Below are positions 1 to 17,074 of a stretch of DNA of 64,000 bases, in pieces. The translations under genes were made by a program, and so were the position numbers. The stretch lies in the NCBI RefSeq assembly GCF_009914755.1, contig NC_060935.1. One strand, given 5' to 3'. This DNA comes from the human T2T-CHM13v2.0 reference genome, Homo sapiens. Numbering within the stretch: position 1 is the first letter of the stretch; the number at the start of each line of letters is the position of its first letter. The notes below the pieces were generated by a model. It did not search any database. It worked only from the letters and a program-made list of their open reading frames with translations, and was not told where the DNA came from.

Positions 1-619
1 AAACCTACTGGAGGAGCCCAAATCTCAGGGTGCCTATTCAGAAAGGAGACCTCTGATACCTACTCTATCAAAACATTAAGTTCGTTTTGAGCAGAGGTTT
101 GATTTGGGTTTTGCTTCCCCCAGTGTTGAGGGAACAGTTCCTTGAGTCAGGGGCTTGGTCTGTCTTGTTCACTGCTGTATCCCAGTGCCTAACAACCGTT
201 GATGAATGAATAAATCGATGGATGGATGAATGAATGGATGGATGGATGAAGAAAAAGGGGCCCAAACCAGACCCCACATTCTTAGAGAAGAGGGAAAAGT
301 GTCCTTAAGCCCATCTATTTGCAGCCATCGAGGTCCTGCAGACCCTGCACTGTCTCTGGGGTCCAGGAAGGGCTCTCCATGGTTTTTAATGAGTTCTCAT
401 TACCTTGAGCCATCCCCCTACTGCACAGGCCTCTGCAGCCCCTGGTCTAGAATAGTCTACAGCTGGCTGACCCACAGGGGATTTGAACTTGTGGCTCAGG
501 TGTCACTCTTGAGCACTGTCTCTAGGGCTTCCGTTTTCCCCAGTTTCTTCTTCAGATTGCTCTAGGACTCCTGGATCCATACTCACCCAATTTAAGACTA
601 AGCCTTTTCCAGCCCTGCC

Positions 620-932
620 TCAGAGCCCTTGCACATGCTGTTCCTGTCATCTGGACTGCTTTTCCCCCAGTCTGTCCATCTCAGCCTTCTGATCCCAGCT
701 CAAATATTGCCTCCTTAGGGAACGCTCCCTGACTACCTAAAGTGGGACCCCCCTGTTCTTTTCTGTTTTAGTCTTTTGATATCTTCTAGCCCTTAACCCA
801 GTTTGCAATTATTTTAATGGCCTATTGTCTATTTCCTCCACGAGAAAGTAAGTTCCATAAGAGGAGAGTCCATATCAGTTTTGTGCATTGACATAAACCT
901 AGCACAGTCACATGGGACAAAATAGATGCTCA
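620..932 (+). mobile_element. LINE-2 3' fragment
   Basis: cttgcacatgctgttcc...ctcaaatattgcctcctt...gtaagttccat...cctagcacag...atgctcaat motifs typical of the L2 3' end. Confidence 0.6.
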
Positions 933-996
933 ATGTAGTAAAATTCTACAATAATGCAATAAATATGCCCAGTCAAAAATTTCCAATTATGTTCCT

Positions 997-1295
997 TTGC
1001 GGTGACTCATGCTTGTAATCTCAATGCTTTGGGAGACCAAGGTAGGAGGATTGCTTGAGCCCAGGAGTTCAAGACCAGTCTGGGCAACATAGGGAGACCT
1101 CGTCTCTACAAAAAATAAAAAAAAAATGAGCCGGGCATGGTGGCATATGCCTGTGGTCCCAGCCACTTAGGAGGCTGAGGAGGGAGGATCACTTGGGCTG
1201 GGGAGGTTGGGACTGCAGTGAGCCATAATGGCATCACTGCACTCCAGCCTGGGCAACAAAGCCAGACCCTGTCTCTAAAAGTAATAATAATAATA
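997..1295 (+). mobile_element. Alu (J-like)
   Basis: Dimeric Alu with mid A-rich linker and A-rich tail. Confidence 0.9.
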
Positions 1296-1630
1296 CAAAT
1301 TTAAAAATAAATTTTCCAATTACATAAAATGTGGAGTAATATTTTTGTAGAATTAACGAAAAACAGTATTTTTCAGATGGTCTGTACTATCACAAAAAGC
1401 AGGAAAGTAAAAATTGTGACACCTTACTGCACAAAGCAGACCAAACAGAAAGAGTACCACAGGAGCATGAGGCAGTCACTTTTTTTTACCAGCCCCATAG
1501 AGAATGGAGTTTTGCTCACTTTTATTTGAGAAGGGGCCTGAGCATAGAACAGAAGTCAAGTTTGGGTCACATTGTAGTGAACTTTGCTCTATTTCAAGGA
1601 CTTACTATATTTGTAGAGAAAATTACTTTA

Positions 1631-1968
<338 letters not shown>

Positions 1969-2365
1969 CAGATCTAAGTGTTCAAGAGGTGTACTTATGA
2001 TTCCTGAAGGGATCCTGGGGTTTTCAGGATCCTGGACTGGCCATCCCTTAGGGTGGTGGGGATGCTGGGTCCCACAGAAGTGCTGTCTGTGCCCCGATAT
2101 GTTGTGAGGTCCCTCCGGCTTCCCTGGACCAGCTGGGAATTCACTTGCTCATTCATTAATACACATGTCCATTCCTTCAGCAACTGGGCACTGAAGGAAC
2201 ATCTATGCTGGTGCCAGGGTAACCCAGATGAAGAAAACACACTTGACCCTCCAGTCAATCGCGGACGAATGAGAGAGACAGAGAGGGAAATAGGCAGTAT
2301 CAACACCATGGTGGGCGCCATGATGGAGCAGAGCATGGCAGGAGGCTGAGCCAGGCTACAGGTCA

Positions 2366-2831
<466 letters not shown>

Positions 2832-4601
2832 TCAAGGGCAGGAGTCCTATGGAGAGTCAAAGAGGGGAGCAAGAAGAAGCTACAAGCAAGTTCTCTCATT
2901 GTTCTAGTTTGAGATTTCCCCTCTAGAGCAAGGAAAATTCAGGATCTTTCATATCACAGGGTCCCTGTCTTCATCCTCACCCACTCCCATCCTTAGGGCA
3001 CCTTGGATGCCTAGAGCTTTATGGGCAAAACCAGATCCCCTGAATAAGCTCCCACATCCCATTTCACACCCTATCAGATTCACCCCCAGGATGCTGTTCC
3101 CCAGCCCTTCTGGGGACTTGGATCTTTGCTCTCTGCAGCTCCCAGGACTCCTCAGGAGACTCTGTTTCTGTCTGCCCTGGCCTGGCCTGGCTACTGCACC
3201 AGGAGAGGGGAGCATAAAGGACATCCCTGTTTTGTGTCTTCTCCCTGTATCATGTGCCTCGTGCGAGTCCTGGTACCGAGGCCCTCCTGGAGCATCTCTC
3301 TCTGGAACCTGGCTTGCCCTTGAACCTCCCTCAAGAAACCAGCTCCAGATGCTGGAGAACAGGCTGTTTCTCTGGAAGTCTCAGCACTCCTGGGGGCAGG
3401 ATGGAGGAGGAATATTTGGGTGGAGTTAAGTCAAGACTGTGAGCTGGAACTCTGTGTAACCCTCTTGAGCAGCCCTGGGGAAGCCAGACTGAATGGCAGG
3501 ACCCTGGACCAGGATTGGGGAATGTGTGAGGGTGGGATTGTCTGGTTCAGGAGAAGCTGGGAGAGGCAGGAAATGCCCCAGGACTCTGACCCTCAGAGGA
3601 AATATGTCAAAGGTATTGATTTCTTTGGAATGTCAAAGATCTTGATCCCCACCACCTAGACACACCATATTGTCTACAAGGCCAGTTTGATAGCTGGAGC
3701 AACCATGGGCTTCCCTGCCGCCGGGTTCAGTGTGCCTCCTCCCCTAATTCCCCTGGGACAGAGCCTTCACTGCCGCTTCCTTGGCCGTTGGCTCGTGGCT
3801 CGTGGCCCAGAAGCCACTTCACCCATCACAGAGAGTTTGACACATCTGGGCTGGGATGTGCGGTCCGACATAACAGCTGGACAGCAGCAGCCACTGGCTC
3901 CTCCTCCCCTTCCAAAAGAATAACAAAAATGAAAGTAGCGATGGAGTGAGGCAGGCTCTTCAGGCCTTCATGGAGAGCCAGGAGGCGGGTTTCAGGCAGT
4001 GATTGACAGGGGCTCGCTTTGGAGGCAGACAGGTCTGAGCCTTTGCCCATGGGTTCCCCTCCACCTGGAATACCCTCACCCTTCTTTACCTCATTTCCCT
4101 CACTTGCTGTGTGACCCTGGGCAAATCACTTTCCCTTTCTGGGCCTTGGCCTCCTCATTTCTGAACTAAACTGAGGGCTCCTTGAGAGCAGGGTGTGTCA
4201 GTCAATTATTTGCGGCTATTCCCTAGGTACAGCTATAATGACTGAGTGCTCAGGAAATGTTTATTTATTGGATGGATGGAAGGAAGGCAGGATGGAGTAG
4301 GGTGGGGACGATAGAGGAATGAATAGGTGGGTGGATAGATAGTAAAAGAAAGGACACTTCTACACTTCCAGCTTTGATGGCCCTCTTTTTTAAAGTAGAT
4401 TGCTTCATTCGTTCACTCATTTGATTACTCAAATCGTGAATGTTAGCATAAATGCCATCTCTCCCTTTCACTTTATCATCATGGCCTTTTCTATTATGAT
4501 ATCTTGTGCACTGGTAGAATATATAGACTGTATATCTATCAGTTATAAAGTATAATAAAATTAATACATGGAAACTTACCCAGCTTAAGAATCAGACTCA
4601 G

Positions 4602-5022
<421 letters not shown>

Positions 5023-5379
5023 TTAAACAGGAAAGTCCCAAGACTTCCCAGGTGCGTACTCCCAGGCTCAACGTGTGCAGACAGTGGGTCCACAGGTCAG
5101 ATGGCAGATGATGAGGCAAGTGCTGGGGAAGTGATCCTTGCCTGAGGCGGGACGTCTTCAGCACTGCTTAGACCTGGGGCCTCCCACTTGTCACCTGTGT
5201 GAGCTTGGGCAGGTGCTTTAACCTCTCCAAGCTTATTTTCCTCATCCAAAAGTAGGGTTCATGGTAAAACATAGGGTTCTTAAGAGAATTCCATTAGAAA
5301 TTCTTGCAGAGGGCCTGGTACACCATAAACCCTCTATAAACAATAGTTGCCACTGCTGTTTTTATTGTTTTGGTTTTTA

Positions 5380-6510
<1,131 letters not shown>

Positions 6511-6864
6511 TATTTTGATTGTTGCTGTCATTGCTTAAAAGGAAGGCCCATGGCATTTGACAGCCCTCGCAGGAATATCCCACCTTGTCCAGCCCTGCAG
6601 AGCCCTGATCACGGGGATTTTATTTTTCTGTCTCAACTCTCTGGAGATGGAAGGCTCTTTCCTTTGGGTAAAGCCAAAAAGCCCCAGGCCACTTCTCAGG
6701 GCTCTTTCTGGGCAGCAGGAGAGGGATGGCCAGGAAAGGAGCAAAACCGGATCCCCAGGATGAACCCAGTGTGTGGAGTGGGGGCCCATATTTTGTATCT
6801 GGCCCTGGACTAGGTGCTGCAATGGGGCAGCAGGATCATTCTTTCAGCAACCAGTGTTGTTGTG

Positions 6865-7110
6865 GGTGCTTAAGAGCGTGGGTTCTGCAATCAGAGCTTG
6901 GGTTCAAATCCCCGCTTGACCACTTGCTAACTGAATGAACCTGGGCAAGCTGCTTAACTACTCTGAGCCTCAGCGTCTCATCCATAAAGTGAGGGTACTA
7001 AGAGGACCCACTTTATCCTTTGAAGCTTAAATGAGATACTACATGCAGGAAGTTAGAGCAGTGCCTGGTACATAAATATTCGCTGTTATTATATTATGAT
7101 CATTACCATT
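6865..7110 (+). mobile_element. MIR
   Basis: gggttcaaatccc...ctgggcaagctgcttaactactctgagcctcag core. Confidence 0.75.
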
Positions 7111-7111
7111 A

Positions 7112-7505
<394 letters not shown>

Positions 7506-9289
7506 TTAGAAGGACAGCTGGATCCCATTGTGTGTAATTAGAGTTCAGGGCATGACATTAACCAATGACCTAACAGTCTGTAAGTGCTGTGGTAGAACAG
7601 AGAGGGAGATTACTCTTCAAGCTTGGTGATCAGGGAAGGCTTCTTGGAGGAAGCAGCATTTGAGTTGGCCCCTTAAAGGATAGGAAGAGTTAGAATGAGG
7701 AGATAAAGGACAAAACACTGCAGGCACCAGGAGAGGTATAAGCAAAGGTCCTACAGCCATGGGGACCACAGCAGGTTTAAGGAGCTGGGAATGGTCCATC
7801 CAACTAGCCTGGAGAGGAGAGAAAATGAGGGGGCTCCAGCTCTAGTGGTAAGTTGGGATCAGTTTCTGACAGTCCTTGAGTATCATGCTGAGGAGCTGGG
7901 AGTTTTTCAGCAGGCAGGAGGGAGCCAACGATAGTTCTGGGTTGCACCAGGTGATGGTCACCAGCTCCTCTGAAGGGTCTCAGTGCTAGGAGGCCTGCGG
8001 TCCATCAGGCGGATCTCAGCTGTCAGCCTGTCTGGGTGATCAGGGACTCTCCCCCAGGGGGAACAGAGTTGTGGGACCTCCCTGAGCCCAGGACAGCAGC
8101 TGACTCCAGGTCCCTTCTCTCCTCTGATTTCTACTATTCAGTGCCCTGATGTGACTCTCGCACTGGGCCAGGAGTACCAGTTCCCTTCTGGCTCCTTCAC
8201 CCCCAGCACTGAGAGCTAGGCTGGCCTGGGGAGGCCCAAGGCAACTCCGCCCTTGCAAAGGGACAGGCTGTTCCTCTTTGGGGCTGGGAGCTCCAGCCTG
8301 AACCATGTCCTGGCTCCTGGCCCAACACCAGGACCCTAACAAGATTCCCCCATCTCCTCCAATACTTCAGGACCCTCTACTATCAGACAAAGCATGTCTC
8401 TATGAACCCCAGGGGCCTAGGAGGGTCTGAACCCTCCTCCTGAGCCCAGCCCAGCCTGGCACACCAGCTCCTTGACCCTCTTACCCATTGGCTGGGACAA
8501 GATGCCCAGAGCCCCACTCACCATCCTTCCAGCCCTGCCCTCTGCCGCCCCAAGGCCTTCACCCCTTTCTCTCCAGGGCTGCAAATCACTTCCACATTTG
8601 GGATCTGGCATGCACTATCTGCTTGGAACTCTCTCCTCCCAGTTAGCTCCCATCTCCTTCCACCCCACAAGTTCAGCCCCTGGGGTCTGCAGGAGGGGAA
8701 GGGCTCCTGCCTCTGACAATCCCTTCAGAGGACTAACAGGGAGCCTGACTGTGGCACGGTGCCAGAGGGACAGTGTACAGGAGGCCTCCCAGGGAGAGAT
8801 GAAAGAGGAGGAGCCAAGGGGGTGGGCGGAGGCAGAGCTTGAGCAAGCAAGGGGATGAGGGGTTGGGGGTGGGGAGGCAAGGAAGGTGGTAGTTCCCAGC
8901 TCAGCACATTCCTGAGACATCTGGATGCACTGGAAGGGCCCCAGCTGGCCTGCATAACTGTGGCTCTAGCTTCTCTGCTCTGTGATGTCAGGACCCAGCA
9001 CTCCCCGCTCCCCTCAGAGTCCCACTGGCCTGGGGGCCACTTGGGGCTGAGTACTGGGGTCTCTTCCCCAGACCCCTGACCCTCAGTGAGCAAGAAAGAG
9101 GCCCCTGGGGCAATGGAGGAAATGCTTGCCACAGAGGTGGGCCAGGGTATGATGGCAGGAGGGAGGCACTGAAGACCCAGTGGTTTGCCCATCCGACTGA
9201 CTCAAGGAAAATGTGCCTTTGGGCTGGTGCCAGTCCTTCTCTTCTCCTTGGAAGGGAGATAGAGACAAATGAATGACTCTGGAAACGGC

Positions 9290-9610
9290 TGCTTACCTTG
9301 GGCTGTGTGACCCCAGGCAAGTGCACTCCCATCCCCAGCTCTCGGTTTTCTTCATCTGTAATAATAACAGCTACATTTAATGAGAGCCTTCCTCCTATAT
9401 GTCCTGCATTATATAAAGCACTTCGCAATTGTTGTCTCATTTAATCCTCACAGCAACCTGGTGGGGTGGATATGAACGTTCCCATTTTATACTCAGGACT
9501 GAGGCTTAGAGAGGTTAAGTAACTTGTCCAAAGCCTGCACAGTGTATAGCAGAACCAGGATTAGAACCAGGTCCGTCTGACTCCCTTGCTTATAACCATT
9601 GAACTGCTTT
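9290..9610. mobile_element. Two MIR fragments, tail to tail
   Basis: Sense core gctgtgtgacccc...catctgtaaataataa followed by antisense core cccattttat...actgaggcttagagaggttaagtaacttgtccaa. Confidence 0.7.
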
Positions 9611-10710
9611 GCCTCTTCACGTAAGAGGGGGTGGACCTAATGATGCCAAAATTCCTTTCAGTTCGAAAATTGTAATGATTTCTTTTGGCCGTTGCAGGGC
9701 TCTTCAAGAAGGGCAAGGGCAAGCATTAGTCACCTACTGGGTGGGGGAAGGAAGGCAGAGACAGCTGGCTTTGAAGCATCGGGTGGGTCAAGAGTCTTTG
9801 GAGGTCCCCTCCCTTGGAGGCCCAGAGAGCTCCAGACCCCAGGGATTGGAGTCAATAGCCTAATCCCCAGCTGAGCCCAGGGGTCCCACACCTTCCCTGA
9901 AAGAAGGGAGTAAATAAGGAGAGAGAATACCACTCCTTCCAAAAATAAAACCTGAGGACAACTCAGGCCAGGACCGCTGAGGATGTCAGAGGCTGAATGC
10001 TGAGTACACTGAGGAGAGGGGAGAGGCCAAGGGAATTCCAGCCAGAGTGAGGCGGTAGGCTCCAGGCGAGGAGGGCCTTCCAGCTGGCCAGGGGCCGAGA
10101 GAGCAGCCCTGGCGGGTTGGCCACTGTGTTCTGTTTATACCCTTAGGCCTGACAGGGTCTGGGGGGACAGCAATTCCAGCACTGAGTGGAGTCTGTGCTT
10201 CCCAGGTACCTGGTCTGCTGGGGCTTAAGAACAGAAAGGCTTAGGGAAGGAAGAACAACCCGGAGAATGGGTACAGCGGCCCCACTAGGGAGGAGCCGAG
10301 GGAAGGGGTCCAAACACATGGAAACTCTGCCTGGAGCAGAAGCAAGCTGGCATCAGAGCAAGATTCGGGACGGTCATTCCTGGAGGCTCTCTGCTACAGA
10401 AAAAAGGGCCTGACTCCATAAGCTCTCTGACACACTCCTTTATTCACACACTCATCCAGTCAGTCAGTCACTCCGTGAATGCCTGAGCATCCACTGTGTG
10501 CGGGGACCAATGCTAGGCTTTGCAGATTCAAACGAGAATTGGACACAGCAAGACATATAGGCAATACGGCTGGATCATTTGAAGCTACACCAAGGAACCT
10601 GTACTCTATCCTAAGGGTAGTAGGGAGCCATGATTCACTGATGATGAGTACAAGTTCCTCATCAATGGAGCAGAGAAATGACATAGGACTTCTAAGTTTT
10701 AGAAGATCCC

Positions 10711-10995
10711 GTTTTTTAGAGACAGGGTCTTGCTCTGTTGCCCTGGCTGGAGTGTAGTGGTGTAATCATAGCTCACTGCAGCCTCAAACTCCTGGGCTCA
10801 AGTAATCCTCCTTCAGCCTCCTGAGTGACTGGGATTACCCACCACACCTGGCTAATATTTTTAAATTTTTTTTTTTTTAGAGATGGGATCTCGCTATGTT
10901 GCCCAGGCTGGTCTCAAACTCTTGGCCTCAAGCAATCTTCCCACCTTGGCCTTCCAAAGTGCTAGGATTACAAGTGTGAGCCCCCTTGAGTGGCC
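10711..10995 (-). mobile_element. Alu (J-like)
   Basis: Reverse Alu consensus; TSD-like tagaagatc on both sides. Confidence 0.9.
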
Positions 10996-13249
10996 TAGAA
11001 GATCTCTCTTCATGTAAGGTGGAGAATGCTCTGGAGAGGGATCAGAGTTTGAGACTTGGACTTACCCTTCATTGTCACACCATTGGTCAGAAAGCCTTTT
11101 GAGAGCAGGAACTGGATCTTGTTCATCTCTGTATCCACAAAGCTGGGCACCCAGTAGGTGCTGAGTAAATACCGAACAAATGCATGAATGATGAATAAAT
11201 GAATGTGACTAGATGCCCTTATTCTCCAGAGGCCCCTGCGCCAACCCCGGCACTCGGTTTCCGGTGTCCTAAGCTGCCCTGCAGGGATCCCCTGGCCGCT
11301 GCCTATAGACCAGCATCTCCAGCAGCCAGACCGTGGGCTGCTGTGCCCTCGGAGGTGCCAGACACAGCTAATCCCAGCCCTGGGCGGCGGCACTCGCTGC
11401 CATCGCTTCCTCCTGCCCAGACAGTGCCTGGTGCCCACCCCAGGGTTGGACCACAGCGCATGGGCTGCCTGGTAAGAAGATGCCAGGGGCTGGCTGGGAA
11501 AATGAGGAAGCTATGGCCTGACCAGGACAAGGTTACCAGTGTCAGGAGGGGCAATGGAAGGGCCAGACTAACAGGGCTAGGGGGCTGCAGAGAATACACA
11601 CCCTCCCCAGGACTCTGCTCTGCCTTGAAGTAGCCCGCGGCTGGCGCCAGCCTGCTGATTCCTCTCTCCTTCCTTTCTCCAGCACACACTGGCAAAGAAA
11701 AGCTCAGTCCCCATGTTGGCGCTTTCTTCAGTCCCAGCCCTCAGTGTCCCAGCCCCATGCAAGCCCGGGGCTCCCAAATCTCCCTCACTGGTGTTCACAT
11801 GACTCAGTCATCTCAGGCACTGAGATGCTGGCTTGGCAGCCAACATTTAGTTCTGTGGTTATGTGAGATGGTGTGTGTGTGACAGCGAGTATGCGTGACC
11901 ATGTCTGTGTGATCCTGTGTCTGGGGTGACTTCGCATGTGTGTGAGCGTAGGGGTGTGAATCACTGTTTGTCTGATCACATCTGATGAGTGTGTCTTGTT
12001 GAGTTTGTGTTCATACCTGACAGCGTCAGCCTATGTGACTCTGTGAGGGTATCTGTATGTGTGATAGCGCCTGTACAAGGCTGCACATGGAACTGGCTGA
12101 ATGTGTCGATGAGTGTACTTTTCACTATGTGGTGTCAGAGAGGTGGTGTTTCCCTGTGTACAAAGGAACCCCTCAGCCCACATCTGTGTAGCATGTGCAC
12201 ATGCATGCGTGCACACACACACCGAAGTATTTCTGCTTATTTGGACTTGGGATCTGTGGTGACCAGTTCGGTAGGGGAAAATATGAAACTTCAGCAGCCG
12301 CCTTCCCTAGGCCTATGGGGACTGGGGGCTGAGAGTGAGGTCGGGGGTCAGAACAACGTGCTCCCTTAACCCCCATACTCTGCCAGGAAGACTCAGGGAG
12401 GGACTGGCTCCAGGGACCAGGAGAACTGGTTTCACACCATCCAGTCCCCAAAAGGCCAGGGCAGAGGAAAAAGGCCCACGTTCTGAAGACTAATTCACTT
12501 TTCTAGGCCCCTGTCAACCGCGCTTCCATAAAGACACAGACTGTAATGGATGAGGAAACCGAGGCCAGGAGAGGAGACACCTGCCACTGCCCAGGTCTCA
12601 GAGCACACCTGGGTCTTGAATTAGGGCCTCCTGAGTTTCAGTTCAGTGCGTTTTCTCCTTCACAGGGCGGCTTTAGCTCTGGGAAGGCAAGGCCTGGGCC
12701 TCGTAGGAACCCCAGCTACTGGATGGCAATGCTTAAGGACAGGGGGGTCTGCTGACAACCGGGGACTCAAGGGGCCCACCTCCTCTCCCTGCTCTCACCA
12801 CTCCCCGCCCCCTAGGCACAGCAGTGACTCAGACTGAAGGCCCTTCAGCTTGAAATGGGGACAATTTTCTAGTGACCACGAGGCAAGTAACCGTCCGGGA
12901 ATGCATGGGTCAGTGTGTGTTGGGGTGTGGGGGGGTCTGTGGGCCCCAGCCTGCGGGGGGAAAGAAAGGGGGAAATGTGAGAGGCCTCTCCTCCCATCTC
13001 TCCCTAGCTCTCACTCTCTCGGAAGGAATGTCCGGGCTCAGGATTCCCCCCCACCCCTTATCCCACAGCTCAGCCTGGACCCGCTCTGGTCTCCTCCCTC
13101 CTTTCCCCAAGCACAGACTGAACCAGCCTGGGCCGGGGGAGGGGCAGAAGTTAGGAGTGGGGGTGCAGGCGCCAAGGAGCCAGGGACCTGAGGGAAGAGG
13201 GCGCGCTGAGGCTGCTTCTGGTCAGGGAAACCATTCTCCTACACCGACC

Positions 13250-14050
13250 CCAGCAGGCAGCTGCGCCCCCAGAGCTTTACCCTGTCTCTGCACTGACCTT
13301 GGGGAAGGAATTTAGGGAGGGGTAAAACAAGGCTAGAGCTGGTACCATTACTGCCCCGGGAGAGTCCCCTCTGCCGCCACCAGAGACAGCCACCAAAGCG
13401 CCCCACGGTAGGACGATTCGAGATGGAGCTGCAAGGGGATTTAAGGCCCGGCTCGCCCTTTGAGTCGGGGTCGTCGGGGAGACCCTCGGTCTCCACTTCT
13501 CCCTGCGGGGGTGGGGGCGGGGCCGCGCTACTGATGAGGGGTTTAGGACACCGTGAGACGGCCAGGCCATTTCTGCCTCGGCCCCAGACGCAGAAGGGGT
13601 CCCATGCAGGCCCGAGCCAGTGCACCCTGCGCTCCCTCAGCCGCGGGCCGTCGGCGCAGGCCGGGACCCTCCTCCGCGCGAGCCCTGCACTCCTCCGGTG
13701 CCCTCCACGCCGCCACCGGCTGCTGCTCGCAGCCTCCCGCCATTGGCCAGGAGCTCTGCGGCTCCCACCAGTGAGCAGGCCGGATTCCGGTGAGGGGCGG
13801 CCCCGGGTGTTCCCGGGTTAACCCTTTGTGGGCCGCTCCAGGACGGCGGCACCCGGATCCTTCTCTAAAATTTAAAGGGCGGGCGGCTGAGGCCAGGCTC
13901 CAAGAGAGGGTGCAGCCGAGAAGAGGGGTACGCAGGTCTGCAAGCAGGAGAGCTCGGGAACCTCTCCTCCAAGGGAGGGAAGCCGGCGCCGGCTGCGCGT
14001 GACAGCCGAGAAGGAGCTTATATTGGCACGACTATAGGAAAAAGTCTTTA
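13250..14050. promoter_or_regulatory. CpG island in CREB3L1 intron 1 (candidate alternative promoter/enhancer)
   Basis: Dense CpG, GC box GGGGCGGGG near 13514, inverted CCAAT at 13742-13746; CpG-rich shoulders at 14650-14830 and 15225-15285. Confidence 0.75.
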
Positions 14051-15939
14051 ACGAGGAGGGAAACAAATCATAATATGTCCTTCTCCGGCTTCCCACCCCC
14101 GTTGCCTGGAAAGGCACCCCTGTAGGACGCTCACCCCCTGCAGAACCCTGTCGCCCTCAGAGCGTTGACACATGGCTCCCCTGAAGTTCGTGAACTCCTG
14201 GCCGCCGACCCCTTGCTCTTGCTCCCCAATTTCCATCGGACAATCTAAACCTGAACTTTTGTGTGTGAAGTGGAGGGAGGGCTGGGTGTGGTTGGGGGTA
14301 GAGGGGACAAGGGGGCGTGCTGGAGCGGAGGAGGTCTGAGGTCTCCAAAATGGGCTTTCCAGGGATGGGGCCAAGTGGATGCGGTGGAAGGAGTGAGAGG
14401 ACCAGAAGGTCCCGCACACGCCAGGGCAGCCCTGGACTTCACCAGCTCACTTTGCAGCCCCGGACATCACCAGCTCGCTCACTGTGCGTCCTGGGTAGCT
14501 GTGTTTCCCTCTCTGGACTGGAGTTTTCTCTACTAAGAAATAGGAGGGGGGGAACGAGGGGCAGGGGACCGTCGGGGAGCTTTCTCCCGTCCCTTCTGCC
14601 TCTAACTTGGTGATAGAAACCAACCCTACCTTAGCCGCCATGAGAGGCCAGGCATCAGACGGAACTAGGGCCGCAGAGCGCTCTAGGGGAGTCCCTGATG
14701 GCAGTGCTCCCAGGAGGGCGAGGTGGGCCTAGGGATGATGGGACGCGCCCACCGTCCACCCAGCACCTGAAGAAGCCCGGCGCAAAGAGGACCTGGGCGT
14801 CGGAGTGTCCTCCACCCCCACCCCGCCTGCCCCTTGGCCGCCCTCCCCTTCCACTTGGCTCCCGTTGCTCTGGAAGCTCCATCCTGCTGGGTTTTGGCTG
14901 CTGTTTCTAGCAGGTGGGGTGGGGACTGCTCACACAATGGGGCCAGCTGAGCTCTCTAAGCAGTTTCCTGTGGGCACCCTAAAAGGGTCTCTGGGAAGAA
15001 CCTGGGTCATCTGCCTGAGCCAAGGCCTTCAGGGAGTCCAGCCCAGATCCGAGGAAGCATCTTTCCTCTCCCAGGCCCCAGGAAGGGGCTTGGCAAACCC
15101 TTATCGCCTGAGAAGCAGCTGCTGGAGAAATACCTTAGCGGCTGACTCACCGGCTCCCTCTGCTCACAGCCCCCTCCCACTGGGCCCAACACCAGGCCTT
15201 TGAGAGACCCTAAGGGAGAGAACTGGCGGAAGCGCCCCCAGCCGGCAGGCCCGGGCTCTGCGGAGGGTGTAGCCAGCGCGGCCCTGGCTGTGGCTGGCTG
15301 GGTGGTTGGGGGGTGGTTATACCCTGTAAATGGCCTCTGTCTGGGATCACAGTGATTCTTAGAAACTCATTCAGCTCTGACCTCCTGGTACTGCCTCACT
15401 CCAGGTATTGATGGACAATTGGTATGCTGATGGCATTGCCATCTGGGTTCTAAGGCCCTGTCCCTCCACCAGTATCATGAGCCAGGTGCTGGAAGGCAGC
15501 AGGTGAACAGGGTGCAAACCCTGCTTCAGGGCAATTACCGGACCGGGGAGGGTCTGCTGCAGTTGTAAAAGACTGGACAGTGAGGGATGGTGGGCACCTC
15601 CCTGCTGCATTAGCGCCCTTGGCCTCAGTTTCTCTCTCTGTCAAATGCCAATATGCATTTGTCTTGTCTCATTGGATAATTGTGAAGATTAAATGAAATA
15701 ATGCATAGGAGAGCACTTTGGGTTAAAAGCACAACAGAAATGTAGGATGATGATTGATTGCTGGCAAACTGGGAAGTGGGAGAGTACCCCTGCCAATGGG
15801 GCTTCTGAGCTCATTTTGTCCTGGATTATCTCATCAGGCTTTGTTTGGAGGGAAAGGCCAAACATTCCCCCCACAACTCCCACCATTGGTTCCAAGCTCA
15901 GCTCGGGGACAGAGTTTAGGGGCTGCAGTTTTCATGATG

Positions 15940-16220
15940 ACGATAACTAACAATGATCGAGCATTCACTCTGTAGCAGGCACTGTTCTGTGTTTTATATG
16001 TACAGTATTTACTCATTTTACCCTCATACTCCTATGAGGTGAGTACTAATCTAACAAAATTTTAGATCCTCATGGCAACACTATGAGGTAGGAACTATTA
16101 TTTTCCCCTTACGGATAAGGAAACTGAGGCACGGGGAAGTTAAGCAACTTAGCAAGTGGTGGAGCTAGGAGTCAAAAGCACGTCTATGTGACTCCAGAGC
16201 TCGTGTTCATCTCCTACTCC
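15940..16220 (-). mobile_element. MIR
   Basis: ggataaggaaactgaggcacggggaagttaagcaactt core. Confidence 0.7.
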
Positions 16221-16488
16221 ATGCAGACAGACTCATGTGGCCCTGAACCTTATGCTCATACAGAAGGCTTCTCTGCTCATTACCTTCCAGGTTGGGACAG
16301 GCTCCCAATATTCCAGGCCAGAAAGGGCCAACAACTCCAGACCTTGAAGGAATCCCCTGGCACAAGCCTTTAACCACTCAGCAGGCAGGGCTTCAGGACC
16401 TAAGGCAGCCCCCCATCCCCCATCTCTTCTGACCCACCAGCAAATTCATTCGTTCAATAAATAAGGAACAAACAATAGAAACATTTAT

Positions 16489-16813
<325 letters not shown>

Positions 16814-17074
16814 TTATAATTCTTTAGAGAGAGAAAAATAATGTACAAGAACCTACCATATGTCAGCCACTGGAGTGCTTTACTAACAATAAGAGGCAAC
16901 GTTTATTGAGTAATTACTATGTGCCAGGGACTGTTATAAGGCCTGTACGTGGATTAACTTGTTTAATCCTCATGACAATCTTGGAAGGTAGGAACTATTA
17001 ATATTACCAGCTGTACAGAGGACGAAATGAAACAGAGAGGTTAATTGACCTTCCCAAGATCATGGAGACCAAGA

